A DNA stretch of 64,000 nucleotides from an uncultured Rickettsiales bacterium (GCA_900550495.1 URSJ01000005.1:9056-73055); one strand, 5' to 3'. Counted from the first letter of the stretch, positions 10,292 through 20,313 are shown. Numbers and translations: made by a program. The notes: a model not told the origin generated them from the letters alone.

Positions 10292-11499
10292 AGCGAATTG
10301 ATGATTCCAGAACCGGGCAGGTTAAAACAGCCAACACTATCACAGAATTTTGTGCCGTTATCGCCAAGTTTGATGCCACATTCGTTGATGCTGGCATTAG
10401 CACCAGACGATGTTGTGCCGGCGGGACATTTGTCGCAACTTGTGACCCCGTCAGCAGAAAAATATCCAGCGGGTGTTGGCGTACATGTTGTGTTGTTTGT
10501 TTCAAGAACACAATATTTTTCTTTACATGATGTCACTGACACATGCCTACATGTTTGGTTATTAAATGTGCTATTGTCGACATCATAATTGCACTGCATT
10601 CTTTGTTGACCGATTTCATCCCCAGTCGCTGAGTTAATGGGATAGTGATCTGTGGTGCACGTGCATGTGCTGTAATCATACTGACCATTTTGTAATTGGG
10701 CGGTGCCGCCAACTTGGACACTATCAACGTGGACACTATTTTGCCATGCTGTACATGCATCCTGGATTTCATAAGTATCGCTACAATTGATTTCTTTTTT
10801 TATGCATTTTCCCAAAAACATAAATTGGCTATTAATGGAACAAACAAAATCGCGGTTATTCATCAGGTTAACCAATTCATACTCGTCATAGTTTTCGCAT
10901 GTGTTGGCATAACAGTCAAATTTACCAGCATCGTTTCGTATGTAATATTTTATATCAGCACCATCAGTGCAGTCTTTGCCGATATCGGCTGATGCTGGGC
11001 GAGTGGTTGTCCAGCGTGGCTGGCATGAGCCATTATTTTCAAAATACGAGTCACATAAATTTGTTACATTTTTTCCATCAATGTTAACTGTGTTGGTCTC
11101 ACACAGCAAACATTTATTGCAGTCTGCTGGATAATACGCCCGTTCATCGTCGGGTGTGCACGGGCCAAGTGTTCCGTGGGGAACCTCAGATTCAGAGGTT
11201 TCGCATGACATGTAGCATTGGTTTATGCTGTTTGCGCCTATATCTGATAAAGTGTAGGGAAGAACGTCACTACATTGTCTCTTTAGATTGTCACCGGTGC
11301 AATAAGAGCCAGGTGGACATTTATAGCATGCATGCATTTGAGTATCATAATAGCAACCAACAGCGTTACCAACCTGGCATTGGTCATTAGGACTGCCATC
11401 ATCATAACACAGGACTGCCGAATCCCCCCCAGGGGCAGCATGCGTGGTGTTCAATGGCAACAGCAGGCATATGATAAAGATCGCAATTTGTTTTCTCAT
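10288..11499 (-). CDS. Secreted cysteine-rich repeat protein (CxxCPxG-type modules)
   Basis: Signal peptide MRKQIAIFIICLLLPLNTTHA. About 40 Cys. Modules such as CYKCPPGSYCTG and CDKCPAGTTSSGANASINEC. Confidence 0.75.
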   Translation of the reverse strand: MRKQIAIFIICLLLPLNTTHAAPGGDSAVLCYDDGSPNDQCQVGNAVGCYYDTQMHACYKCPPGSYCTGDNLKRQCSDVLPYTLSDIGANSINQCYMSCETSESEVPHGTLGPCTPDDERAYYPADCNKCLLCETNTVNIDGKNVTNLCDSYFENNGSCQPRWTTTRPASADIGKDCTDGADIKYYIRNDAGKFDCYANTCENYDEYELVNLMNNRDFVCSINSQFMFLGKCIKKEINCSDTYEIQDACTAWQNSVHVDSVQVGGTAQLQNGQYDYSTCTCTTDHYPINSATGDEIGQQRMQCNYDVDNSTFNNQTCRHVSVTSCKEKYCVLETNNTTCTPTPAGYFSADGVTSCDKCPAGTTSSGANASINECGIKLGDNGTKFCDSVGCFNLPGSGIINSL

Positions 11500-11573
11500 C
11501 CTTGGGGTAAATGGTATGAAATATCGGGGGGAAAATCAACAAAAAACCGACCATAACATGGTCGGTTTATTTT

Positions 11574-12068
11574 TTAACGCTGTTTTGTGGATTTTGTGGT
11601 ATTTACCGGCGGACGCACCGATATTTTGCTAGAATATTCGGGCTGTGGGGGGGTATTTACCGTCCAGCCGTGTTCAACGAACCATAAACTGTCTTCTTTT
11701 GCACAGGGGCCCGAGAAAAAGATAATGTTTCCACGTCCATGGACACGTTTTGGATCAAGCGCAATTCGCCATTCCATTTCTTTACGCAGATAATGGGATT
11801 GTGCGGCACGAACAGTGTATGCAGGAAAGTATTTTAAATAAATATTATTCACCTTTGGGTCATACAAATTGATCTTAATATTTGCTTCTGTAATTTCAGA
11901 CCCCCAGTGCGCAGTCCATAGCAATTCAACATCGTGTTTTGAATCTGTTTTATCGTAGTGGTCATCGTCGTCGTTGTTGCATGCCGCCGGGACAATTGAT
12001 GCGCCAACAAACGCCAATATCGGCAATGCTGTCTTTAATTTATACGGTAATTTTTGCAGGATTTTCAT
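11574..12068 (-). CDS. Lipoprotein, paralog A of a three-member family
   Basis: MKILQKLPYKLKTALPILAFVGASIVPAAC lipobox followed by an NNDDDD linker. Start set at M28 of the track ORF (ATG 12066-12068). Terminator hairpin at about 11545-11570. Confidence 0.75.
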   Translation of the reverse strand: MKILQKLPYKLKTALPILAFVGASIVPAACNNDDDDHYDKTDSKHDVELLWTAHWGSEITEANIKINLYDPKVNNIYLKYFPAYTVRAAQSHYLRKEMEWRIALDPKRVHGRGNIIFFSGPCAKEDSLWFVEHGWTVNTPPQPEYSSKISVRPPVNTTKSTKQR

Positions 12069-12425
12069 ATTTATTACCCCTTTTTTATTATGCGCCGTTT
12101 GAAAATATTTCCTGAAAACGCATAAAAGCAAAAGGGCCCGTAAAAACACGGACCCAATTACTCATTTATCATAAAACCAGACACAATTCCACACGTGACC
12201 GCGCCAGCCCCAGCCACCCCGCCACCATTTGGCGATGGGGCACAAAAATGCGGAATAACAGCATTTGTTCGTGACATAACGCGACCCATTTGTTTTTACA
12301 TCCAGTTTCGGTTTAGTTCATGCAAATTGTGGTCAAAAAAAGGTTGTTTGTCAAGTATAAATTGCGCTATATCAAACAATTAGGAATTTTGTCCATACTA
12401 TTTAATGGTGATTATGCTGTGTTTG
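11923..12425. repeat. Left copy of a 503-bp direct repeat (offset 1446 bp)
   Basis: Identical by eye to 13369-13871 apart from one T/C difference (12403 vs 13849). Covers the lipoprotein 5' end, its upstream region and a remnant of the 3' end of the 13844 gene. Confidence 0.9.
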
Positions 12426-12465
12426 AGGGACGACAAAAAAAACGACCATGTTATGGTCGTTTTTT

Positions 12466-12987
12466 TTAACGCTGTTTTGTAGATTGTGTAGTATTTGTCT
12501 GTGGGGGTATCTGTGGTTGTGGAGGAAAAAATATACCAGTATATGGCGTATTTACTGTCCAGCCGTGTTCAACGAACCATAAACTGTCTTCTTTGGCACA
12601 CAGTCCTAAGAGAAAGATAAGGTTTCCACGTCCATGGACACGTTTTGGATCAAGCGCAATTCGCCATTCCATTCTTTGACGTAGATAATTGGCTTCTTGC
12701 GGTTTCGTAAAGGAAAACGGAAACATATTAACGAATCTTAAATAGATATTATTTACATTTGGGTCATCCAGATGTTTCTGAATATTTGCTACTTTAGTTT
12801 CATCAGTCCAACGAGCAGTCCATAGTAATTCAACATCGTGTTTTGAATCTGTTTTATCGTTATCGTTGTGGTCGTAGTTGTCATCGTCGTCGTTGTTGCA
12901 TGCCGCCGGGACAATTGATGCGCCAACAAACGCCAATATCGGCAATGCGGTCTTTAATTTATACGGTAATTTTTGCAGAATTTTCAT
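12466..12987 (-). CDS. Lipoprotein, paralog B
   Basis: Same signal/lipobox and conserved C-terminal core (RIALDPKRVHGRGN...CAKEDSLWFVEHGWTVNTP). Confidence 0.75.
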   Translation of the reverse strand: MKILQKLPYKLKTALPILAFVGASIVPAACNNDDDDNYDHNDNDKTDSKHDVELLWTARWTDETKVANIQKHLDDPNVNNIYLRFVNMFPFSFTKPQEANYLRQRMEWRIALDPKRVHGRGNLIFLLGLCAKEDSLWFVEHGWTVNTPYTGIFFPPQPQIPPQTNTTQSTKQR

Positions 12988-13010
12988 ATTTGTTACCCCT
13001 TTTTTATTTT

Positions 13011-13514
13011 TTAACGCTGTCTTGTGGATTTTGTGGTATTTACCGTCGGACGTATTGATGTTTTTGAAGAAAACATGATATGATATGGTGTATTTACCGT
13101 CCAGCCGTGTTCAACGAACCATAAACTGTCTTCTTTTGCACAGTGTCCCAGGGAAAAGACAAGGTTTCCCCGTCCATAGACACGTTTTGGATCAAGCGCA
13201 ATTCGCCATTCCATTGATTGACGTAGTCTATGGAGTGCGGATTCGTCATATCCGACATACATTTCTACAGGGACGAATCTTAAATAGATATTATTTACAT
13301 TTGGGTCATCCAGATGTTTTTGAATATTTGCTTCTGTAATTTCATCACCCCAACTATTAGCCCATAGTAATTCAACATCGTGTTTTGAATCTGTTTTATC
13401 GTAGTGGTCATCGTCGTCGTTGTTGCATGCCGCCGGGACAATTGATGCGCCAACAAACGCCAATATCGGCAATGCTGTCTTTAATTTATACGGTAATTTT
13501 TGCAGGATTTTCAT
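13011..13514 (-). CDS. Lipoprotein, paralog C
   Basis: Same family. Start at M28 of the track ORF (ATG 13512-13514). Its stop lies 23 nt upstream of the paralog B start. Confidence 0.75.
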   Translation of the reverse strand: MKILQKLPYKLKTALPILAFVGASIVPAACNNDDDDHYDKTDSKHDVELLWANSWGDEITEANIQKHLDDPNVNNIYLRFVPVEMYVGYDESALHRLRQSMEWRIALDPKRVYGRGNLVFSLGHCAKEDSLWFVEHGWTVNTPYHIMFSSKTSIRPTVNTTKSTRQR

Positions 13515-13871
13515 ATTTATTACCCCTTTTTTATTATGCGCCGTTTGAAAATATTTCCTGAAAACGCATAAAAGCAAAAGGGCCCGTAAAAACACGGACC
13601 CAATTACTCATTTATCATAAAACCAGACACAATTCCACACGTGACCGCGCCAGCCCCAGCCACCCCGCCACCATTTGGCGATGGGGCACAAAAATGCGGA
13701 ATAACAGCATTTGTTCGTGACATAACGCGACCCATTTGTTTTTACATCCAGTTTCGGTTTAGTTCATGCAAATTGTGGTCAAAAAAAGGTTGTTTGTCAA
13801 GTATAAATTGCGCTATATCAAACAATTAGGAATTTTGTCCATACTATTCAATGGTGATTATGCTGTGTTTG
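13369..13871. repeat. Right copy of the 503-bp direct repeat
   Basis: See 11923-12425. This copy contains the genuine 3' end (..EPKHSIITIE*) of the 13844..16957 gene. Confidence 0.9.
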
Positions 13872-16800
13872 GGTTCTGTGGTTGTTGGCGCGGGAATTGT
13901 TGCGTTATCTGTGCTGTTCCCGGCCAGCCATTTCCATACCCCGCCGTCATACTGGCGTGTCCGTTTTGTGGTTTCGTCGATTCTGTATGAACTTTCATAC
14001 TTTGTTCCATATGTGGTGTTGTCATACAATGGATTGAAATACGCACCATACGATGTGCTAGTGCCGTCGGACCTGTACAGGACGATTACATAGTGACCAC
14101 CATTGCAATCTAATTCATTGCCATTTGGGAAACCTTCGGGAAGAGAATCATTATTTCCAAGCGTTGGGTGTGTGATATCATTTGCGCCCACACATATCAA
14201 CATCGCTTGTGCGTTAGCGGTGTCGTTGCCGTATGGATTATTGTTTGGCATTGTAAATTGGGTTACAATACGGAAAGCGGCGTTATTACCCAGACATAAT
14301 TTATCGTTATTGATTCCGAAAGTTGGCACAGTGTTGCCGACATAATCAGTTGTATTATTAGTGGATATTTGAACCAGGTCATCTGGGGCGCTGCAACAAT
14401 TGCCAAACATATCCAGTTTGCCACCAATAAGACGTTCTTGGCCGTCAGACATATCTAGTTTGCCACAACAGTTGGACCAGTTATCAAATATTTTTATGCG
14501 GTTACTTGTTTCGCATGCCCAGTTACTGTCATCCATGGCATTGGTGGGGACGCAACCTTGGTTGGCACTCATTATTTCGCCAACACCGCACTGTGTATTA
14601 CTGCAACTGTTGGGGACATTGGCGGTGCCAGTGTTTTTCGCAAACCATGACATCAGCGTATCAGTGTCTGTGGTAACAGGTATTTTGATTTTGTTATGGT
14701 CATTGTCTTTGGATAATGATGTTTTTGGGTCTTTTTCACAATTACCCCACAGGCGTTCGGCCAAACGACATGTATAACAATCGACTGATGATGCGTCGGC
14801 GCATTCGGTGGTGCAAATGTCGTGAACCCGATTTTGTGTGTCTGTATTCGTGGTGGCATCACCTGCTGTATTTGGTGTGTCGCACCATCTGGGGTCGTTG
14901 TTATTAATCGGATTATCAATACAGTGCACCCCGCTGTATAACAGAGTATAAAAATTGCCGTCGGTATTAATCTGGTTGTCTGTTACTTGGCGACCCCAGA
15001 TTTGTTTGATTGCGTCATCGCCCGCAGATGCAACACAAGCCTTGACATCGCCCCAGCATGACGTGCGTTCAATAATCGCGTGACGATTGACCGATGTCTG
15101 GATATTTTCGCACAGGCCAAAGTTGCCAGAAATTGATTTGCATGCCTGGATAATACAGGCGCGTCCAACCTCGCGACAGGTTTGCATTATGGTATTAAAT
15201 GTCTTGTCTGTGGCGATTTCGGTCATGCCGCCGACCCAGTCGGCATCACCACCTGTGGTTTTAAGTAATGCTGTGCATGCGGTGCGAACATCGGTGCACA
15301 TTGCGTTGACGGTCTTGTCGGCAGCAACCCCAAAGGTTGACAACGCACGTGCGTCAAAATCCTGTAATGATTTTGCAGTGTCGGTCAAACACTGGGCTGT
15401 CAGCGTTGTGCATGCCTGGCGCATATCTTCCAGTTTGGATTCTTGGGCCAATTTGATTTGCGCCAGCGCATCTTCAATAAATTCGTCCCAGACCGTGTCG
15501 GAAATGTCTTGACATTTTTCCATTGCTGGTTCCAAGAATTTCTTTTTTGAATTTAAATATGTGACAAACACCTGGTTCCCAGGGACGGAAGTCCAGGTTT
15601 GATTGGTATCTGGTCGCTTGATTAAATTATTCAAATTCGCCAAGTCAACGGTCAAGAACGCCTCGCCCGTGGTGGGGTCAATATAACGTCCCGTCGTATC
15701 CAAACATTTGCCCAGGTTTTCACCGCATACGGTCGAATCAGTCAACATTGCCAACATCTTGCTTTTACAGGTCAATATGTCGTCAGAATTGCGTTTCTGG
15801 TAAATGTCCAGGCGCGACATATCCAACAGTGCGCTGCCTTCGCGCAGTTTTTCGCGTGCCTGGTCGGTCTGGGTCTGGTATGTTTTGGCGACGGTGTTGC
15901 AATCCTGTTCAATTGTGACCTGGTATCCACTTTCGGCGATGGCCAGTTCGTCATCGGTACAAACCTCGGCCGCCATTTCGCGACACACGGGCAGGGCCGC
16001 CGAATACAACGCCGTCCCAGATTTTGCCGTATTATACGTCCCAGATAATGAATCAACACTGTCAAACGCGGCGTCGGTGTCCAATGATAACGATATCGCC
16101 GTCAGCGAGTTGTTAAAGTTGCTGTCGCTGAAACTGGTGTTTAGTTTTTTTGCAATTTCGTCCAGCATTTTCTTGGATTTAGATGTGTCTTTTTGTTGGA
16201 ATGCCAGTTCGCCCTCGGTCGCCTGGTTTAATGCGGCGGCATCTTCTTTGTCCATATTGACGGTCAACAAGCGTTGGTTGAAATCCAACATTTTGTCTTC
16301 GACCGTGTTCAGGCTTTTTTTCACGCTGTCAAATTCGTTCATACGTGATGAACAGGCGCAACGTTTTAATTGGCTGTCCTTGTTCGCACAGAATTCGTCC
16401 ATACAGTTATAATAAACCTCGCGACATTTTTTGTAATCGCGGCTGATGACGTCGTTCGCTGTCAGTTTTTTTTGCGTATCAGTTGTTGCTGCGCGTGATA
16501 TTGCCGCACGTGACACAGACGTCGTGCGTGTTGTCGCCCGATTTGTCGCACTGCGCGATATTGGGGCGCGTGCCGGCGTGGTGGTTGCGCGTGGCACTGT
16601 TGCCGTGCGCACGGTGGTTGCGCGTGGTGCGGTTGCGGATGTCGCGTTGCGCTGTGATACCGCGGTGCGTGATGTAATGTTTGTTTTGCCGGCACCGCGC
16701 ATTGTTGTGTTTGCGCCCGTTGTATTGCGATTACGCACAGTGGGGGCGTTTGCCGCGCCCAGGCCCGTTGCAATTCGTGATGTGGCCACCGATGTTGTCG

Positions 16801-16957
16801 GCGCGGTTCCCGTCGCATTGCCACGATTATTTGACGCAACAGCACCCGGCGTGCGACGCGTCCCAGCGCGTGCGACATCGTCGCCATCGGTCGCCCATGA
16901 TGGCAAAAAAGATACCAACATCAGGCATGTGGCAAAAAAGACTTTGATTCCTTTCAT
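13844..16957 (-). CDS. Large secreted protein (1037 aa): Arg/Thr/Ala-rich low-complexity N-region followed by a Cys-rich region
   Basis: Start moved to MKGIKVFFATCLMLVSFLPSWA (ATG 16955-16957), because the track extension to 17107 overlaps tRNA-Leu. No family recognised. Confidence 0.8.
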   Translation of the reverse strand: MKGIKVFFATCLMLVSFLPSWATDGDDVARAGTRRTPGAVASNNRGNATGTAPTTSVATSRIATGLGAANAPTVRNRNTTGANTTMRGAGKTNITSRTAVSQRNATSATAPRATTVRTATVPRATTTPARAPISRSATNRATTRTTSVSRAAISRAATTDTQKKLTANDVISRDYKKCREVYYNCMDEFCANKDSQLKRCACSSRMNEFDSVKKSLNTVEDKMLDFNQRLLTVNMDKEDAAALNQATEGELAFQQKDTSKSKKMLDEIAKKLNTSFSDSNFNNSLTAISLSLDTDAAFDSVDSLSGTYNTAKSGTALYSAALPVCREMAAEVCTDDELAIAESGYQVTIEQDCNTVAKTYQTQTDQAREKLREGSALLDMSRLDIYQKRNSDDILTCKSKMLAMLTDSTVCGENLGKCLDTTGRYIDPTTGEAFLTVDLANLNNLIKRPDTNQTWTSVPGNQVFVTYLNSKKKFLEPAMEKCQDISDTVWDEFIEDALAQIKLAQESKLEDMRQACTTLTAQCLTDTAKSLQDFDARALSTFGVAADKTVNAMCTDVRTACTALLKTTGGDADWVGGMTEIATDKTFNTIMQTCREVGRACIIQACKSISGNFGLCENIQTSVNRHAIIERTSCWGDVKACVASAGDDAIKQIWGRQVTDNQINTDGNFYTLLYSGVHCIDNPINNNDPRWCDTPNTAGDATTNTDTQNRVHDICTTECADASSVDCYTCRLAERLWGNCEKDPKTSLSKDNDHNKIKIPVTTDTDTLMSWFAKNTGTANVPNSCSNTQCGVGEIMSANQGCVPTNAMDDSNWACETSNRIKIFDNWSNCCGKLDMSDGQERLIGGKLDMFGNCCSAPDDLVQISTNNTTDYVGNTVPTFGINNDKLCLGNNAAFRIVTQFTMPNNNPYGNDTANAQAMLICVGANDITHPTLGNNDSLPEGFPNGNELDCNGGHYVIVLYRSDGTSTSYGAYFNPLYDNTTYGTKYESSYRIDETTKRTRQYDGGVWKWLAGNSTDNATIPAPTTTEPKHSIITIE

Positions 16958-17020
16958 TCTTTTATATGTCAATGTTAGCAAAATTACAGAATCCCGGGCA
17001 AGGGAAAAATAAGAAATTCT

Positions 17021-17105
17021 TGGTGCGAGCAGGGGGACTTGAACCCCCAAGGTTTGCACCACAGCATCCTTAGTGCTGCGCGTATACCAATTCCGCCATG
17101 CTCGC
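17021..17105 (-). tRNA. tRNA-Leu, class II, anticodon read as AAG, CCA encoded
   Basis: 85 nt: GCGAGCA-TG-GCGGAATTGGTATACGCG-CAGCA-CTAAGGA-TGCTG-long variable arm-GGGGGTTCAAGTCCCCC-TGCTCGC-A-CCA. Confidence 0.85.
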
Positions 17106-17199
17106 ACAGTGTGTCTATATTCTTATCAATATGTGGTTTGTTTTTCAACCGTTTTTGTGATACCATATAGGTGAAATTGTAAAGGTAAGGATTTTTAAT

Positions 17200-18708
17200 A
17201 TGACAAAATTACCGAAATTTTTATTGCGTGTGTCGCTGATTTCGATGTTGCCGGTGGCCGCAAATGCCGCTGGGACATACTATACCGGGAATTACCAGTC
17301 GCCCCAGATGCGCTATAACACGCAATCGTATGCGTCGCGCGGATACGGTGCAAATACGACCCAGACGCGCAACTATAACACAACGGGATATTCAGCATAT
17401 TCGTCAACGCGACCAGCCGTCGGCACCAGAACGGGCCAGGTGAACGTCGCACGCACCAATGCGCAACCGACCACAACGACTGCGTCTAGTAAAAATGGAT
17501 TCTGGCTGGACGCCGGGATTTCGCACGAAAATGCGATGTGGCAATTTGAAATGAAGGAATCATCGTCAAAACTGCATTATGATAATGTCAGTTGGAACGT
17601 GTTGGATTTGCGTGGTGGATACGTTTTTGACGCAGGCAACACAAAAATGCAAATTGACGCCGGATTCAAATACGGTATGCAATACGGCGACAGCAGTATG
17701 GTTGACGACGATATTTCCGATGGTGGGTATTTTGTCACACGCTGGGTGAATGAAGCGAACGAGGTTATTGGTGATCAAATTGGTCACGCATTGTCGGTCG
17801 GAACCAGCAATGGCGGTGACATGTATGGATTTAACGCCGGATTTGGCCTGACAGATTTCTTTAAGTGGGGCAATATGCGTGTGACACCGTCGTTGGGGTA
17901 TCGCTATTTCAAATATAAATTGGAAACCAAAAAAAATTATGGATTGTCAGTTGATACGGCGGCGTGCTTTAAAATAGAAGGCAGTGATGAAATTCAATGT
18001 GACCCAGCGATAGTTGTTGAATTGTCTGATGGTTCGCAACAGGTTTTGTGGCGTGACAATGTAACTGGTAAAATGGAAATTGCGTCAAATGCAAAATATA
18101 TTGACAGCCAGGGAACGTATTATTATCAGCAACCAGGCGTATCTCATTCATACGAGGTTGAATGGTCAGGGCCATATTTAGCGTTGGATATGAATTATCT
18201 GATAAACGCAAATAATTCGGTCAATGGGCGCGTGGAATTGGGATTGCCAGGATATAAATCCGTTGGTGACCAGCCGTATCGTTTTGACTGGGCACATCCA
18301 AAAAGCGTAGAAGACAAGGCCAGTATCGGCAGTGCAATGCACTTTGGATTTGGCGCGAATTGGGTGACCGCGATAACAAATTCAGTGTCGCTGTCGTTGG
18401 GGCTGACATACGATTACTATACCGTCAGCGACGCGGACGCGACAACATATTTGAACGGCGCGTATTATACGGATTTGTATAATAAAAGATTTGAAATATG
18501 GCGAACAGAGCATGCATCGGATTCTGAACAAATTAAATCCGAAGCGGGCATGTTGGGACAAGTTTCCGGAACTGCTGGTGATGAAATCGCAATCAGTATT
18601 AAAAATCTGGAATCCCAGTGTAGTGGTTGGAAATGCAGTGCGTCCAAGGAAATCGATTCGTTCTATCGTTCGTTGGGAATTCGCGTTGGTGTAAATGCCC
18701 GGTTCTGA
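17200..18708 (+). CDS. Outer-membrane beta-barrel protein with a Q/N/T/Y-rich N-terminal region
   Basis: Signal peptide ...PVAANAAG, beta-strand pattern, C-terminal ...RVGVNARF. Confidence 0.7.
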   Translation: MTKLPKFLLRVSLISMLPVAANAAGTYYTGNYQSPQMRYNTQSYASRGYGANTTQTRNYNTTGYSAYSSTRPAVGTRTGQVNVARTNAQPTTTTASSKNGFWLDAGISHENAMWQFEMKESSSKLHYDNVSWNVLDLRGGYVFDAGNTKMQIDAGFKYGMQYGDSSMVDDDISDGGYFVTRWVNEANEVIGDQIGHALSVGTSNGGDMYGFNAGFGLTDFFKWGNMRVTPSLGYRYFKYKLETKKNYGLSVDTAACFKIEGSDEIQCDPAIVVELSDGSQQVLWRDNVTGKMEIASNAKYIDSQGTYYYQQPGVSHSYEVEWSGPYLALDMNYLINANNSVNGRVELGLPGYKSVGDQPYRFDWAHPKSVEDKASIGSAMHFGFGANWVTAITNSVSLSLGLTYDYYTVSDADATTYLNGAYYTDLYNKRFEIWRTEHASDSEQIKSEAGMLGQVSGTAGDEIAISIKNLESQCSGWKCSASKEIDSFYRSLGIRVGVNARF

Positions 18709-18721
18709 TAAAGGTTGCGTA

Positions 18722-19339
18722 ATGTTGGCAAGGTTTCGTTCTGTGTTTATTGGTGCGGTGCTGGCGATTGTGGTCGGGGTGGCAAATGCCGCAAACCTGG
18801 GTGGGGTGGCAACGGTGAATATCACCAGTGATACCGCCGCCACCGCAAAAAATATGGCGTTGGCGTCTGCGCGTCGTCAAATTATCAATGATGCGCTGTC
18901 GCAATATACGTTGCCAGACCAATTGCAATCGGCAATTTCGGAATCAAAACCGTCGGATTTGCAAAACCTGATTGCGTCAACAGAAATTTCTGGGGAACAG
19001 CAATCTGATACAACATATTCGGCGACAATTTCTATGACGATTGACGCGACGGCGGCGACAAATTGGCTGAACGCAAACGGTGTGCAAAATTGGTTGCCAA
19101 ACAGTGCGTCTGGGGATACGTTTGTTGTTATTGCCACGCTGTCAGATCCAATGGCGAACTGGATTGAATTACAGAACATCGCACGCACAGAAAAAATTGA
19201 TTTGAGAACAAAATATATAAACGCAAGGACAGTTACAATGGAATTGCCGGTCGCGGCACGTCGCGAGTTTTCATCGGCGTTACGCGGTTCTGGGTGGCGT
19301 GTTGCTGACGATAATGGCACGCTGCGAATCGCACGATAA
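18722..19339 (+). CDS. Secreted hypothetical protein
   Basis: MLARFRSVFIGAVLAIVVGVANA signal peptide. ATG 18722 follows AAAGG. Probably co-transcribed with 17200 and 19412. Confidence 0.6.
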   Translation: MLARFRSVFIGAVLAIVVGVANAANLGGVATVNITSDTAATAKNMALASARRQIINDALSQYTLPDQLQSAISESKPSDLQNLIASTEISGEQQSDTTYSATISMTIDATAATNWLNANGVQNWLPNSASGDTFVVIATLSDPMANWIELQNIARTEKIDLRTKYINARTVTMELPVAARREFSSALRGSGWRVADDNGTLRIAR

Positions 19340-19411
19340 ATTGTCGGCAAGAATTCCTTGACTTTGTATAAAATATTTATACATTGCCATTCACAGAAAG
19401 GAACGGAAATC

Positions 19412-20281
19412 GTGAAAAAATTATCGTTGGTTCTATTTATGGCGTTGTCGCCAATGGTTGCGCACGCAGATGATGTGTTGAATATTGAACCGGCACCAAA
19501 AACACTGAAATTAAATATTCGTCGCATGGGACTGGATTTGTCCAAGACCACGGTCACAAATGCACGTCAATATGCGGATTCGCCGGTGTCGGCACTGAAT
19601 GCGTCCAGCCAGGATTATATCAAGGGCATATCTGATGTCGTGTTGGAATATAATCATGGTCGTTTCAAATGGGATAATGGCCTGTTTATGGAATACGGTA
19701 AAACGACACTGAAACCCTATGACGGCCCCAAGACAGTTGACCAAAATGCTGATAAAATTGAATTTACCAGTGATGCATCGCACGCGTGCTGGGATTTTTC
19801 AGGACTGAAATTCGGGCCGACGGTTCGTGGTGCCTATGACACACAATTTGAAGATAATCACGATGCACCGCGTCAGCAAATTGCCCGTGTCAGCGCCGGT
19901 TTGTCCCTGTTTGACCACAAGATTTTGAAAAGTTTATATGCAACAGGACTGTATGAATATGATTTTACATACGGACACGACCAGACCAGCAAAACCGGTA
20001 TAGAGGTCGGCTGGCGTCTGGAATATGCGGTGCGCGATGGTGTGAAAATTTCCAGCAATGGTTATTATCGTGAATACTTGCATTATTCTGATTATGTAGG
20101 CACAGATTTGGAACGTGATTTGTCGGCTGTGTTGCGATTGGATACAAATTTGTGGTCCAGTTTTACGATGGGGCCGTATCTGCAATATCGCTTGGCCAAG
20201 GCACGTGCCGCCGATGTTTATGGCAGTAATTTTATCATCGGGGTGTCGTTTAACTATATAACAAAATTTGATTTGATGTAG
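19412..20281 (+). CDS. Putative outer-membrane protein (DUF3078-like pattern)
   Basis: GTG 19412 after AAAGGAACGG. Signal peptide KKLSLVLFMALSPMVAHA. Repeated W.N/YG beta-strand pattern. Family call is tentative. Confidence 0.5.
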   Translation: MKKLSLVLFMALSPMVAHADDVLNIEPAPKTLKLNIRRMGLDLSKTTVTNARQYADSPVSALNASSQDYIKGISDVVLEYNHGRFKWDNGLFMEYGKTTLKPYDGPKTVDQNADKIEFTSDASHACWDFSGLKFGPTVRGAYDTQFEDNHDAPRQQIARVSAGLSLFDHKILKSLYATGLYEYDFTYGHDQTSKTGIEVGWRLEYAVRDGVKISSNGYYREYLHYSDYVGTDLERDLSAVLRLDTNLWSSFTMGPYLQYRLAKARAADVYGSNFIIGVSFNYITKFDLM

Positions 20282-20313
20282 TGTATGCCGGCGCGACAAT
20301 GTGCGCCGGTTTT

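Noticed and set aside
12195-12383. Identical 62-aa ORFs (also at 13641..13829) on the plus strand, upstream of lipoprotein paralogs A and C.
   Set aside because: Their identity simply reflects the 503-bp duplication. They start at GTG without an RBS, have odd composition and lie in what is more simply the lipoprotein promoter region. A real small gene cannot be fully excluded.
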